55,438 nt of DNA from Tissierellaceae bacterium (GTDB lineage Bacteria > Bacillota > Clostridia > Tissierellales > Tissierellaceae). A program made the position numbers and the translations under genes. This document shows, piece after piece, positions 19,468 to 29,512 of this stretch (the stretch's first letter is position 1; every line of letters begins with the position of its first letter). Below the pieces are notes generated by a model. That model did not search any database, was not told where the DNA came from, and was given only the letters and a program-made list of their open reading frames with translations. Location of the stretch: the NCBI GenBank assembly GCA_036562765.1, contig DATCJO010000210.1, positions 1-55,438 on the forward strand, in the 5' to 3' direction.

Positions 19468-20658
19468 ATGGGATTAATTAAAGCATTTGCATCAGCCATA
19501 GGCGGGTCATTGGCGGACCAATGGCTAGAGGTAATAGAACCAGACAACATGAGCGATACTACAGTAATGACTAAGGGTGTAAAGGTAAGAAAAAACGATA
19601 GAAGAGGTTCCAATAAAAAAGGTACTGAAGATACAGTATCAAATGGCTCAATCATTCATGTATATCCAAACCAATTTATGATGTTAGTAGATGGAGGAAA
19701 AGTTGTAGATTTTACTGCAGAAGAAGGTTATTATAAGGTAGATAACTCAAGCCTTCCATCCTTGTTTAGCGGAAGTTTTAAAGATGCTTTGAAGGAATCC
19801 TTTGAAAGAGTAAAATATGGCGGAGTAACCCCTACCTTACAAAAGGTGTATTACATAAATTTACAGGAGATAAAGGGAATAAAGTTTGGGACTCCAAATC
19901 CTCTAAATTATTTTGACAACTTTTATAATTCAGAGCTTTTTTTGCGTGCATTTGGTACTTATTCCATCAAGATAACTGATCCATTGTTATTTTTTAGGGA
20001 AGTAGTACCTAAGAATAAGGATAAAGTAGATATTGAGGATATCAACGAACAGTTTTTATCAGAATTCCTTGAAGCTTTACAAGCTGCACTAAACCAAATG
20101 TCAGCTGATGGAATTCGCATATCCCACGTGCCTTCAAAAAGCAGGGAATTAAGCAAATACATGGCAGATATCTTAGATGAGGACTGGAAGCGAATGAGGG
20201 GCATAGAAATCCAATCAGTAGGAATTGCAAGCATTAGCTACGATGAAGAATCTAAGGAACTAATCAATATGAGAAATAAAGGTGCAATGCTTGGAGACCC
20301 TGTTATAAGAGAAGCTTATGTACAAGGGTCTATTGCAAGGGGTTTGGAAGCAGCAGGTTCCAATGAAGGAGGTTCTGCCACTGCCTTTATGGGAATGGGA
20401 ATTGGCATGCAAAGTGCAGGGAATTTCATGACAGCTGCTTCTCAGTCAAATCAAAAGCAGATGGAAATGGAAAGTGCGAAGGAAGAAAAGACTTCTAAAA
20501 AGCAGTGGTTTTGTCCAAATTGTGGAACAAAAAACTTTGGGAATTTCTGTACAGAATGTGGGACTAAAAGGCCAGATGCTAACAGGTGCCCTAATTGCGG
20601 TTATGAAATAAATGGACCTACACCAAAATTCTGTCCAGAATGTGGCCATAAATTCTAG
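19468..20658 (+). CDS. SPFH/band-7-like protein with a C-terminal double zinc-ribbon (COG4260-type, like B. subtilis YdjI).
   Basis: Strong AGGAGG RBS. The N-terminus reads MGLIKAFASAIGGSLADQW. The C-terminus carries CPNCG..CTECG..CPNCG..CPECG ribbons. Confidence 0.6.
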   Translation: MGLIKAFASAIGGSLADQWLEVIEPDNMSDTTVMTKGVKVRKNDRRGSNKKGTEDTVSNGSIIHVYPNQFMMLVDGGKVVDFTAEEGYYKVDNSSLPSLFSGSFKDALKESFERVKYGGVTPTLQKVYYINLQEIKGIKFGTPNPLNYFDNFYNSELFLRAFGTYSIKITDPLLFFREVVPKNKDKVDIEDINEQFLSEFLEALQAALNQMSADGIRISHVPSKSRELSKYMADILDEDWKRMRGIEIQSVGIASISYDEESKELINMRNKGAMLGDPVIREAYVQGSIARGLEAAGSNEGGSATAFMGMGIGMQSAGNFMTAASQSNQKQMEMESAKEEKTSKKQWFCPNCGTKNFGNFCTECGTKRPDANRCPNCGYEINGPTPKFCPECGHKF

Positions 20659-20668
20659 AGGTGGTTAT

Positions 20669-21685
20669 ATGCCTATTAAATCCTATAAATGCCCCAGCTG
20701 TGGGGCTCCAATTTCATTTAACCCGGAATTAAATAAGTTTAAATGCGAGTACTGCTTAAAGGAATATACTGTGGAGGAAATAGAAAAATATAATCAAGAA
20801 GAAGTACATGGAGAAGGGGAATTTGTCTCTTATCACTGCAACAACTGCGGTGCTACTGTAGTAACTGATGACACGACTACCGCCACATTCTGCTACTACT
20901 GCCACAGCCCTGTAATCATATCTAGTAGGTTGAAGCAATTTAAACCAGATAAGATGATTCCGTTTTCCATAGATAAGGAAACTGCAAGAAAAAAGTTTTT
21001 AGACTGGGCTGGTAAGAAGAAGTTTGTTCCTGATGATTTTTACAGTGAGTCCCAGTTGGAAAAGATAACAGGGATTTACTTGCCATACTGGTGGGCCAAT
21101 TGTAAATTAGATTTTGATTATGTTGGGGAAGGAATAAATATAAGGGTATGGCGTGTTGGAGATAGGGAATATACGGAAACGAAGAAATATGAAATAGTAA
21201 GAAGAGGAAATGTAGATGTAAATAATATTGGGGAATTAGCCTTTACTAAAATAGATAAATCCCTGTTGGATGGAATACAGCCATATAATGAAAAAGAGGT
21301 AAAAAAATTTTCAATGCCTTATCTATCAGGCTTTTTTGCAGAACAATATGATGTAGAAAAAGAAAAAGTTGCACCTAAGATTGAAGAAAAGATAAAAAGC
21401 TATGCAAGAAATGTTATTGACCAGTCTATTTCGGGATATAGTACAGTTCGTGAAAAGAAAAAGGATTTTAGGATGTCAATTAAAAATTGGAGTTATACAT
21501 TACTTCCTGCATGGATTTTAACTTATATTTACAAGGGGAAGACCTATGTATATGCAGTTAACGGGCAGACAGGCAAATCCTTTGGAGAACTACCTTTCTG
21601 TAAAGAGAAGGCCTTGAAGGCATCAGGTATTGTATTTGCCATTACCTTTGTAATTTTATTGTTAGGGGGATGGCTAATATGGTAG
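20669..21685 (+). CDS. Zinc-ribbon protein with a C-terminal TM segment, YdjG-like.
   Basis: It has CPSCG..CEYC and CNNCG..CYYC ribbons plus a C-terminal TM. The likely start is the ATG at 20669 behind an AGAGGTGG RBS. The track places the start at 20612. Confidence 0.5.
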   Translation: MPIKSYKCPSCGAPISFNPELNKFKCEYCLKEYTVEEIEKYNQEEVHGEGEFVSYHCNNCGATVVTDDTTTATFCYYCHSPVIISSRLKQFKPDKMIPFSIDKETARKKFLDWAGKKKFVPDDFYSESQLEKITGIYLPYWWANCKLDFDYVGEGINIRVWRVGDREYTETKKYEIVRRGNVDVNNIGELAFTKIDKSLLDGIQPYNEKEVKKFSMPYLSGFFAEQYDVEKEKVAPKIEEKIKSYARNVIDQSISGYSTVREKKKDFRMSIKNWSYTLLPAWILTYIYKGKTYVYAVNGQTGKSFGELPFCKEKALKASGIVFAITFVILLLGGWLIW

Positions 21686-22500
21686 CTTTAAGAAGAATAT
21701 TTTCAATGATTTTATTAATTTCCATACTATTTTCTGTTGCCTTAAATGTAAGAGCTGACAAGGTGCTAGTTTATGATGGTGCCAACCTCTTTACAGAAGA
21801 AGAAAGGTTAACTTTGGAAAAAGAAGCCAATAATCTATCTAATGAATATAACATGGATATTGTTATTGTAACTACCAATGATGCAGAAGGAAAGACATCT
21901 AGGGAATATGCAGATGACTTTTTTGACTACAGCGGCTTTGGAGTAGGAGAGGACCGAGATGGCATCCTGTTTCTTATAGATATGGACAATAGAGAGGTTT
22001 ATATCTCTACTTCAGGCATAGCAATTAGATATTTAACGGACTATAGGATAGAGAAGATACTTGATAAAGTCTTTGATGAAGGGCTGCTGGATGGAGATTA
22101 TTTTGGCGCAACAATGGCTTTTATAAATGGGGCCAGAACTTATCTTGAAGCTGGAATTCCTCAGGGGCAATATAACGAGCCTGAATCCAAACCAAAAGAG
22201 ATAACAGCTTTTGATATTGTAATAAGCATTGCTGGAGGGCTAATTGCAAGTTTAATATTTTATTTCACTGTAAAATCCAGATATAAGACACCTCGTACCT
22301 ATGGTGGCTTTTCATTCAGCAATAACAGCATAGTCAATTTCATGCCTACCGAAGATAGATTAATATCTTCCTTTGTAACCCATAGGGTTATACCAAGAGC
22401 TTCCAAAACATCCACTGCCCATAAATCTTCTACTGTTAGAAGCACTACCCACCGTTCTTCAAGCGGTAGGACCCATGGAGGTGGAGGAAGAAAATTTTAA
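21670..22500 (+). CDS. TPM-domain (YdjH-like) membrane-anchored protein with a Ser/Thr/Gly-rich C-terminal tail.
   Basis: Signal peptide present. The TPM fold segment is VLVYDGANLFTEEERLTLEKEA..MDIVIVTT. It also has a TM segment and an HGGGGRKF tail. Confidence 0.65.
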   Translation: MANMVALRRIFSMILLISILFSVALNVRADKVLVYDGANLFTEEERLTLEKEANNLSNEYNMDIVIVTTNDAEGKTSREYADDFFDYSGFGVGEDRDGILFLIDMDNREVYISTSGIAIRYLTDYRIEKILDKVFDEGLLDGDYFGATMAFINGARTYLEAGIPQGQYNEPESKPKEITAFDIVISIAGGLIASLIFYFTVKSRYKTPRTYGGFSFSNNSIVNFMPTEDRLISSFVTHRVIPRASKTSTAHKSSTVRSTTHRSSSGRTHGGGGRKF

Positions 22501-22522
22501 GGCACATCAGAGGAGATGAACT

Positions 22523-23227
22523 ATGAGCGGATATATAGAATTTGTTGATGTAAAAAAGACTTATAAAATGGGAGAAGTAGAGATAAATGCATTAAATGGA
22601 GTAAATTTTTCAATTGAAAAGGGAGAATTTGTAATTATTGCTGGCCCCAGTGGGGCAGGAAAAAGCACAATTCTAAATATATTAGGAGGAATGGATAGGC
22701 CTACTTCAGGGAAGGTCATTGTAGACAACAAGGATATAAGCCAGTTTTCCAATAAGGAGCTTATTACCTACAGAAGGTACGATATAGGATTTGTATTTCA
22801 GTTTTACAATTTAGTCCAAAATCTAACTGCCAGGGAAAATCTTGAACTGGCAACTCAAATATCCAAAAATCCACTGGATATAGACAAGGTATTGGAAGAC
22901 GTAGGTCTATCCCACAGGAAAAACAACTTCCCTGCCCAGCTATCGGGAGGAGAACAGCAAAGAGTTGCCATAGCCAGAGCACTGGCCAAAAACCCAAAGC
23001 TATTATTATGCGATGAGCCTACAGGGGCTCTTGACTACAATACAGGGAAATCAATACTTAAACTATTGCACGATACATGCAAGCAGAAAGGAGTAACAGT
23101 AGTAGTCATAACTCACAACCTAGCCATAGCACCGATGGGAGATAGAATCATCAGAGTAAAAAATGGAATAATTGAAAGCCAAACAGTTAATGAAAACCCT
23201 GTTCCAATAGAAAGGATAGAGTGGTAA
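22523..23227 (+). CDS. ABC transporter ATP-binding protein (MacB/FtsE-type).
   Basis: Walker A is GPSGAGKST and the signature motif is [15 protein letters not shown]. The stop overlaps the start of the permease gene. Confidence 0.9.
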   Translation: MSGYIEFVDVKKTYKMGEVEINALNGVNFSIEKGEFVIIAGPSGAGKSTILNILGGMDRPTSGKVIVDNKDISQFSNKELITYRRYDIGFVFQFYNLVQNLTARENLELATQISKNPLDIDKVLEDVGLSHRKNNFPAQLSGGEQQRVAIARALAKNPKLLLCDEPTGALDYNTGKSILKLLHDTCKQKGVTVVVITHNLAIAPMGDRIIRVKNGIIESQTVNENPVPIERIEW

Positions 23228-26200
23228 TGATGAGGACTGCATTGCTAAAGGACATCACAAGGGACATAAGGAAATCCCTCGGCAGATTTTTATCTATTAC
23301 CTTAATAATAGCCTTGGGGGTTGCTTTTTTTACAGGCCTAACTATAGCACCAGATGATATGCTGATGACAGCAGATAAGTACTATGATGACTATAACCTA
23401 ATGGATATAAGGGTAGTTTCTACCATGGGACTTACAGAAGATGATTTGAAGGAAATAAAGGAAATAGAAGGAGTAGAAGATGCAGAAGGAGGATATAGCC
23501 TAGATGTTTTGGCAAGATATGATGATAGTGAAGTAGTTCTCAAAGTTCATAATCTTCCAAAATCAGATGGAATAAACAGAGTAAGGCTAATAGAAGGAAG
23601 GCTTCCTGAAAAACCAAATGAATGTGTCATAGAAAAGGGAATGAAAGTTGGCTTTACAGTTCCGATTGGGAGTACTTTGAAACTCTACTCAGGTACAGAT
23701 GAGGATTTAAGTGAGAAACTTGAAAACACTGAATATACAGTTGTTGGCATGGTTCAAACACCCTATTATGTATCCTTTGAAAAGGGGACCAGCAATATTG
23801 GCGATGGGCAGATAAGGGCGTACATTATGGTCCCTGAAGGAAATTTCAAGCTAGATGTTTATACTGACATTTATGTAACTGTAGAGGGTGCAAAAGAAAT
23901 ATATTCCTATGGAGATAGCTATTTTCCTGTAATAGATAAGGTTACAGCAAGGTTAGAGGACTTGGCTAAAGAAAGGGAAGAAATTAGGTATAGAGAAATA
24001 GTGGATGAAGCCACTGAAGAACTAAACAAAGCAAAGGAACAGTACTATGAAGAAAAGGCGAAAGCAGAAAAGGAACTTGCTGATGCTTTAAAGAAAATCG
24101 AAGATGGGAAAGAAGAAATATCTAAGGGTGAAAAAGAACTGGCTAAAAGAGAAAGGGAATTTCAAAAGACCATAAAAGAAGGCAAGGAAAAGATTGCAAA
24201 AGCTGAAGAAGAATTGATAAGTGGTGAAAAGCAGTACGAAGAAGCACTTAAGGCCTTTGAAGAAAATAAATCTCAGGCTATAGAAAAATTTAAACAAGCA
24301 GAGGAAGAAATATTAAAAGGCGAAAATGCCATAAAGGAAATGGAGTCCAAAGTTGCAGAAATAAACTTAGCGTTGGCAAACCCTCAACTGCCAGAAGAAC
24401 AAAAAGCTACATTAAATATTCAGTTAGAAACCCTTACAGCTACTTTAAACAGCACAAGAGAATCTGTTGAAGCTGGGAGAAAAGAATTAGAGGCACAAAA
24501 GCTCCAATTAGCTTCAGCAGAAGAAGAACTGGTTAAAACAAAGGAATATCTTGAATCATCCAAAAAAAGGCTAGAGGAAGAAAAGGAAAAACTCTTGGAA
24601 GGAGAAAAAACTGGGCTTAAAGAGCTTAATAAAGCAAGAGAAGAGCTTGAAAAGTCAAAGGAAGATTTAGCTAAAGGTGAGGAAGAATATTTAGAAGCCA
24701 AGGAAAAGGCAGAAAAGGAATTAAAGGATGCTTGGGAAGAAATAGAAAAGGCAGAAAGGGACATTCAAAACATTGAGAAGGGCAAATGGTATGTATTAGA
24801 CAGAAACAGCCATTATTCCTTTGTAGACTACAAAGGGGCTGCAGATAATATAGAGGCATTATCAAAGGTATTTCCAGTATTCTTTGTATTAGTCGCAGCT
24901 TTAGTATGTTTGACAACTATGACAAGAATGGTAGATGAGCAAAGAATAAATATTGGAACATTGAAAGCCTTGGGCTACAGCAAGTCAGCCATAGCATATA
25001 AATACATACTCTATTCCCTTTTTGCATCCTTATTGGGGTGTATATTAGGAATTGCTGTTGGATTTACAGTATTTCCAACTGTAGTATTTAATGCCTATGG
25101 AATAATATATATGCTACCTCCTGTTAACTTACACTTTGATACATTCCTTGCCTTTGCCACATCTTTAGTTGCTGTTATGCTTACAACTTTAACCTCATAC
25201 TTGGCATGCAGCAATGAGCTTAAAGAAACTACAGCAGCTTTGATGAGGCCTAAGGCTCCAAAGCCAGGAAAGAGGATACTCCTTGAAAAAATACCTTTTA
25301 TATGGAACAGGTTAAATTTCAGCGGAAAAGTAACAGTTAGAAACATATTCAGATATAAAAGAAGGTTTTTCATGACAGTAATAGGAGTAGCAGGATGTAC
25401 TGCATTGGTACTTGCTGCCTTTGGCATAAGGGATTCCATAAGGGATGTAGTAGATATACAGTTTGGGGAATTATTAACCTATGATGCAACCATAGGATTA
25501 GATTCCGAAAATGTAGATTTAGATGATAGTAGGATACTTGGATATGAACTGATTAGCAGTGAACCTGGCTCCCTTAATTATGATTCTATATCTAGGGATG
25601 TCTATATTGTAGTACCTAAGGATATAAAAAACATAAGCCAGTATATAAGGCTTAGAGATGAAAAGACAAAGGAGCCAGTTTATATACAAGAAAAAGGGGC
25701 AGTAATTTCAAGGCAGCTTAGCAAAGACTTAAATATTGAAATTGGTGACGAGGTAGTTGTAAAAAACAGCGACGACAAGGAAGGGACTGTTGTAGTAACA
25801 GGCATTACAGAAAATTACCTATTTAACTATGTATATCTATCACCAGATTATTATAAAGAAGTTTTCAACAAGGATATTGAATATAACCAAGCAATAGGGA
25901 AAATTAAAGAAGATGTGAAAAAACATGAAGATGAACTTTCCAAAGACCTATTAAAAAAAGATGGAGTTATAAGCATCAACTTCAACACAAAAATAAAGGA
26001 CAATTTTGGAGATACAATTCACAGCTTAAACTATGTTGTAATGGTGATGATTGTATCTGCTGGGGCTTTAGCCTTTGTAGTTTTATACAACTTAACTAAT
26101 GTAAATATTTCTGAAAGGATACGGGAAATTGCTACAATAAAGGTTTTAGGATTTTATGATAATGAGGTGGCTGTATATATCTACAGGGAGAATACCATAT

Positions 26201-26427
26201 TGACCATAGTAGGAACTGTGATAGGGCTTGTGTTAGGCATATTCCTCCACAGATATATAATGACTACTGTTGAAATGGATAAGATAATGTTTGGAATGGA
26301 AATTAAGCTTAAATCCTATATAATGGCAATAGTATTAACTCTAGGATTTGCATTATTTGTAAATTTTGCAATGTATTATAAATTGAAGAATGTAAAAATG
26401 GTAGAGTCTTTAAAGAGTATAGATTAA
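23221..26427 (+). CDS. FtsX-family ABC permease of the 8-TM MacB type, with two FtsX domains. Its first extracytoplasmic domain carries a coiled-coil insertion of about 280 residues.
   Basis: 1068 aa. The layout is TM, ectodomain, three TM, TM, ectodomain, three TM. Residues roughly 240-520 are K/E-rich heptad coiled coil. Confidence 0.85.
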   Translation: MVMMRTALLKDITRDIRKSLGRFLSITLIIALGVAFFTGLTIAPDDMLMTADKYYDDYNLMDIRVVSTMGLTEDDLKEIKEIEGVEDAEGGYSLDVLARYDDSEVVLKVHNLPKSDGINRVRLIEGRLPEKPNECVIEKGMKVGFTVPIGSTLKLYSGTDEDLSEKLENTEYTVVGMVQTPYYVSFEKGTSNIGDGQIRAYIMVPEGNFKLDVYTDIYVTVEGAKEIYSYGDSYFPVIDKVTARLEDLAKEREEIRYREIVDEATEELNKAKEQYYEEKAKAEKELADALKKIEDGKEEISKGEKELAKREREFQKTIKEGKEKIAKAEEELISGEKQYEEALKAFEENKSQAIEKFKQAEEEILKGENAIKEMESKVAEINLALANPQLPEEQKATLNIQLETLTATLNSTRESVEAGRKELEAQKLQLASAEEELVKTKEYLESSKKRLEEEKEKLLEGEKTGLKELNKAREELEKSKEDLAKGEEEYLEAKEKAEKELKDAWEEIEKAERDIQNIEKGKWYVLDRNSHYSFVDYKGAADNIEALSKVFPVFFVLVAALVCLTTMTRMVDEQRINIGTLKALGYSKSAIAYKYILYSLFASLLGCILGIAVGFTVFPTVVFNAYGIIYMLPPVNLHFDTFLAFATSLVAVMLTTLTSYLACSNELKETTAALMRPKAPKPGKRILLEKIPFIWNRLNFSGKVTVRNIFRYKRRFFMTVIGVAGCTALVLAAFGIRDSIRDVVDIQFGELLTYDATIGLDSENVDLDDSRILGYELISSEPGSLNYDSISRDVYIVVPKDIKNISQYIRLRDEKTKEPVYIQEKGAVISRQLSKDLNIEIGDEVVVKNSDDKEGTVVVTGITENYLFNYVYLSPDYYKEVFNKDIEYNQAIGKIKEDVKKHEDELSKDLLKKDGVISINFNTKIKDNFGDTIHSLNYVVMVMIVSAGALAFVVLYNLTNVNISERIREIATIKVLGFYDNEVAVYIYRENTILTIVGTVIGLVLGIFLHRYIMTTVEMDKIMFGMEIKLKSYIMAIVLTLGFALFVNFAMYYKLKNVKMVESLKSID

Positions 26428-26451
26428 TGAAGTAAAAATAAAAGATGGAGT

Positions 26452-27375
26452 TTATTCTCCATCTTTTTTGCCTATTTTAGGGAATTTAATATTTCTCCTT
26501 TTGATAAATATTTTTATAATGTAGACAACTATTCCAATAATTATTACATAAGGGAGTATATATATTATGGAAACAATAAGATTTTCAATATTGCGAGTGA
26601 AATAGTATATGGATTCCTTAAATGCATTTGACACTTTAGCTGAAAATGGGGTTTTTTCATTACCTCCAGAAGTCAACTTGGCAACTTCCCTTATTTCCAA
26701 ATTAACTGTACTGTAGTTTACCTTATCATCCATTTCCATTAAACTGGCAGTTATTTTTTCCTTTTCATAAATAACCTCAGCTAGCTGATTTTCAAGGGTG
26801 ATAATATCTTCCATCTTTTCTGCCTTTTCCAATAAGGCAAGTATCCTTTTCTCCTTGGTTTCCAGTACCCTAAGCCTTGATTCTGTATCCCTGTATTTTT
26901 TAGTAATATCTTCTTTAGAAGTATTCTCAGAGATGATATTCCCAATTCCCTTAATATCGTTTACGAAATTTTCGATGTTTTCCTGAGGTATTCTAATAGT
27001 ATAGCTTGCGAATTTTAATCCTGACGAATATATGTAGTTATTATGGGAAATATCGGAATTTTCAACATATCCTTTATATTTTTTTATAAGCTCATCCAAT
27101 TTTTTAGTGGTCTCATCAAATTCTAAAGTTTCCATTGATATGTATACTGTAGTGATAATCTTATCAGGTTCATAGTATTCTTCTTCAGCAGTTTCTGCAG
27201 TAGCTATTCCATATTTTGAATTGTCGTAGGCTTCATTTTCGCTAGCTCCTTGGGAAGGGGCAGCATCTCTAGTAAGTTCTTCTTTAATACTTTTAGCACT
27301 GCAGCCAGCAATAATAACAATACTCAGCACCAAAGATATTGCAAAAAATAGTTTTCTCTTTTTCATATATCCCAT
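26452..27375 (-). CDS. Lipoprotein with a coiled-coil region and a C-terminal TM segment (DUF4349-like).
   Basis: Lipobox IIAGCS with a signal peptide. 307 aa, with a C-terminal TM. Confidence 0.5.
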   Translation of the reverse strand: MGYMKKRKLFFAISLVLSIVIIAGCSAKSIKEELTRDAAPSQGASENEAYDNSKYGIATAETAEEEYYEPDKIITTVYISMETLEFDETTKKLDELIKKYKGYVENSDISHNNYIYSSGLKFASYTIRIPQENIENFVNDIKGIGNIISENTSKEDITKKYRDTESRLRVLETKEKRILALLEKAEKMEDIITLENQLAEVIYEKEKITASLMEMDDKVNYSTVNLEIREVAKLTSGGNEKTPFSAKVSNAFKESIYYFTRNIENLIVSIIYILPYVIIIGIVVYIIKIFIKRRNIKFPKIGKKDGE

Positions 27376-27442
27376 CTCCTTTAGTTAATTATATTAAACT
27401 AAAGGCTTTCAGATGTTACAAATTTCTTACAAAATAGTTACA

Positions 27443-27478
27443 AACCTACAAAAAAGGCTAGAGAAAAGCTCTCTAGCC
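27443..27478 (-). terminator. Rho-independent terminator of pepA.
   Basis: GGCTAGAGAG-loop-CTCTCTAGCC with a T-run on the minus strand. Confidence 0.65.
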
Positions 27479-28929
27479 TAAGCATTCTTAACAAAATTAT
27501 ATAAAGTCTTTACTGGAATTCCTGTTGCACCCTTTGGAAGGTATCCATTTTCATTTGTAGAGTATGCCTTACCTGCAATATCTAGATGTACCCAAGGAGT
27601 GTTGTTAACAAATTCGCCAAGGAATAGTCCAGCAGTAATAGTTCCTGCACCTCTGCCACCGCTGTTCTTTAAATCCGCAAAGGTTCCTATGATTTGTTCC
27701 TTATATTCTTCGTTGGAAGGCAATTGCCATACAGGTTCTCCTGCCAATTCTGAAGCTTCCTTTATTTCTTTCATTAAATCATCGCTGTTTGTTATTGCTC
27801 CAATATTTACATTGCCTAAAGCAACAACACAAGCTCCTGTTAAAGTAGCTACATCAACTATTTTATCAGCTTTTTCTTCTGTTGCAGCATACCAAAGTGC
27901 ATCTGCAAGTGTCAATCTTCCTTCAGCGTCAGTGCTTACTACTTCAATGGTTTTTCCAGCCATGGAGCTGATTATATCTCCAGGCTTGTATGCTTCTCCA
28001 GATATTAGGTTTTCACAAGCTGCAACTAATGCTACAACATTCTTTTCTATTTTAGATTTTGCTATGGCTTTCATGGTACCAATAACGCTTGCAGCACCTG
28101 CCATATCATTGAACATAGTTGCCATGCCTTCATGGGTTTTGATGGAATATCCGCCTGAGTCATAGGTAATGCCTTTGCCAACTAAAGCAACCTTCTTGCT
28201 GCTGTTTTTGTCTCCATTCCATTTCATAATTATAAACTGAGGTTCATTGGCAGAACCCTTAGATACTGCTAAAAAGGCTTTCATGCCTAGCCCTTCTATT
28301 TTTTCCTTCCCAAGTACTTCTACTTCCACTCCTAGTGGTTCTAGTTCTTCTTTAGCCCTTTTTGCCAATTCCTTTGGAGTCAGTACTATGGCTGGCTCGT
28401 TAACTAAATCCCTTGTTAGGAAAATTCCATCTATAACATTATAAATTTCATCAATTGCTTCTTGGGCTCTTTCTTTTTTATCTTCCAATACATCCAAGTA
28501 AAATTCCTTTACAGCATGTTTATTTTTCTTTTCAGAAAGGTATTTATCGAAGGAGTATTCCGATTGTAATAGCCCTTCAGCAATTGCCATGCAAGTATTT
28601 TTGTAGCATAGGTTTTCAAATTTTGGAATAGAAACCTTGGCAGATTCTACTTTTAGTCTCATAAGTTCCTTGCCTACTTTGTAAAATGCTTTTCTAAGGG
28701 ATTGTAATTTTAGTTTTTCTCTGTCTCCTAGCCCTAAGAATATTACATTTTCATTTGGAGAAATAAGAGAATAAATTTCACATAAATCCCCTTTAAAAAT
28801 TTCCTTTTTCTTAAGGTAGGTATATAACTCATTGTGTTTTTCAAGCCCTTCTTGTCCTTTGAAGGCCAATAGGACTTCAACATCTCCTTTATTCCCTAAT
28901 AAAATCTTCATCATTTCACCCCGTTTCAA
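27478..28929 (-). CDS. pepA: Leucyl aminopeptidase (M17 family).
   Basis: The NTDAEGRL-type motif appears as VVSTDAEGRLTLADA, and the M17 catalytic-domain layout is present. Confidence 0.9.
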   Translation of the reverse strand: MKRGEMMKILLGNKGDVEVLLAFKGQEGLEKHNELYTYLKKKEIFKGDLCEIYSLISPNENVIFLGLGDREKLKLQSLRKAFYKVGKELMRLKVESAKVSIPKFENLCYKNTCMAIAEGLLQSEYSFDKYLSEKKNKHAVKEFYLDVLEDKKERAQEAIDEIYNVIDGIFLTRDLVNEPAIVLTPKELAKRAKEELEPLGVEVEVLGKEKIEGLGMKAFLAVSKGSANEPQFIIMKWNGDKNSSKKVALVGKGITYDSGGYSIKTHEGMATMFNDMAGAASVIGTMKAIAKSKIEKNVVALVAACENLISGEAYKPGDIISSMAGKTIEVVSTDAEGRLTLADALWYAATEEKADKIVDVATLTGACVVALGNVNIGAITNSDDLMKEIKEASELAGEPVWQLPSNEEYKEQIIGTFADLKNSGGRGAGTITAGLFLGEFVNNTPWVHLDIAGKAYSTNENGYLPKGATGIPVKTLYNFVKNA

Positions 28930-28985
28930 TTTATTTAGATACTCTAATTATACTATACCAAATATTATTTTAAACTCACAAAAAA

Positions 28986-29011
28986 ATAAAAAAGGCAGTC
29001 AAAAACTGCCC
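28986..29011 (-). terminator. Rho-independent terminator downstream of tRNA-Val on the minus strand.
   Basis: GGGCAGTTTTTGACTGCC followed by T6 on the minus strand. Confidence 0.6.
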
Positions 29012-29079
29012 ACATAAAATATACGATTATATCTTCACTCTTCACTATTCATTATATTAACTCTTCACTAAATAAAAAG

Positions 29080-29152
29080 TGGGCGGTATAGGGCTCGAAC
29101 CTACGACTTCCACCATGTCAAGGTGGTACTCTACCAGCTGAGTTAACCGCCC
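29080..29152 (-). tRNA. tRNA-Val, anticodon GAC.
   Basis: On the minus strand it reads GGGCGGTTAACTCAGCTGGTAGAGTACCACCTTGACATGGTGGAAGTCGTAGGTTCGAGCCCTATACCGCCCA. This folds as a cloverleaf with a 7/7 acceptor stem, a TTCGAGC T-loop and the anticodon loop TTGACAT. CCA is not encoded. Confidence 0.8.
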
Positions 29153-29288
29153 AGATTTGTATTTATAATGTTACCATAAATTTAGCTAATTATCAATAGA
29201 GGTATAAAAATCAATTTCTGATAATAATAGATTTATTAAAGCCTTTGGAGTATAATATTATTTATTGGAGGTGTAACAGTTGAATAGA

Positions 29289-29378
29289 ATGAAGATGACT
29301 AAAATAATCATTTTTCTATTGCTCATATCTATGGCAATAGCAGCATTTATGCCTGTAATCCAGTTGATTTTATATTAA
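29289..29378 (+). CDS. Putative 29-aa hydrophobic micropeptide.
   Basis: A GGAGGTG RBS precedes MKMTKIIIFLLLISMAIAAFMPVIQLILY*. A 9-4-9 palindrome hairpin plus T-run terminator follows immediately. Confidence 0.3.
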   Translation: MKMTKIIIFLLLISMAIAAFMPVIQLILY

Positions 29379-29512
29379 ATTGTCATATGCTTATGACAAT
29401 TTTTTTGATTTAATTAACTTTAAATTTGGTATAAGAGTTTAAAGAGTATTCTTATAGTAAATAATCAAGCATAAGAAAAAATTTATTAATATACAAAAAA
29501 AGGAGATTAACT

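Noticed and set aside
24420-24764. A 114-aa Ser-rich ORF on the minus strand (and ORFs 24088-24297 and 24671-24916) could be real genes.
   Set aside because: They lie antisense to the GAA/AAG-rich coiled-coil-coding region of the ABC permease. The low-complexity sequence creates stop-free reverse frames, and there is no RBS.
27599-28165. A 188-aa plus-strand ORF lies inside pepA.
   Set aside because: It is entirely antisense to a well-supported M17 aminopeptidase gene. It has the look of a shadow ORF, being Ala/Ser/Pro-rich with no start context.
29080-29152. The tRNA-Val could be an integration site for a mobile island.
   Set aside because: There is no integrase, no direct repeat of the tRNA 3' end, and no phage genes nearby. 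The flanking genes, pepA and a ZIP transporter, are ordinary chromosomal genes.
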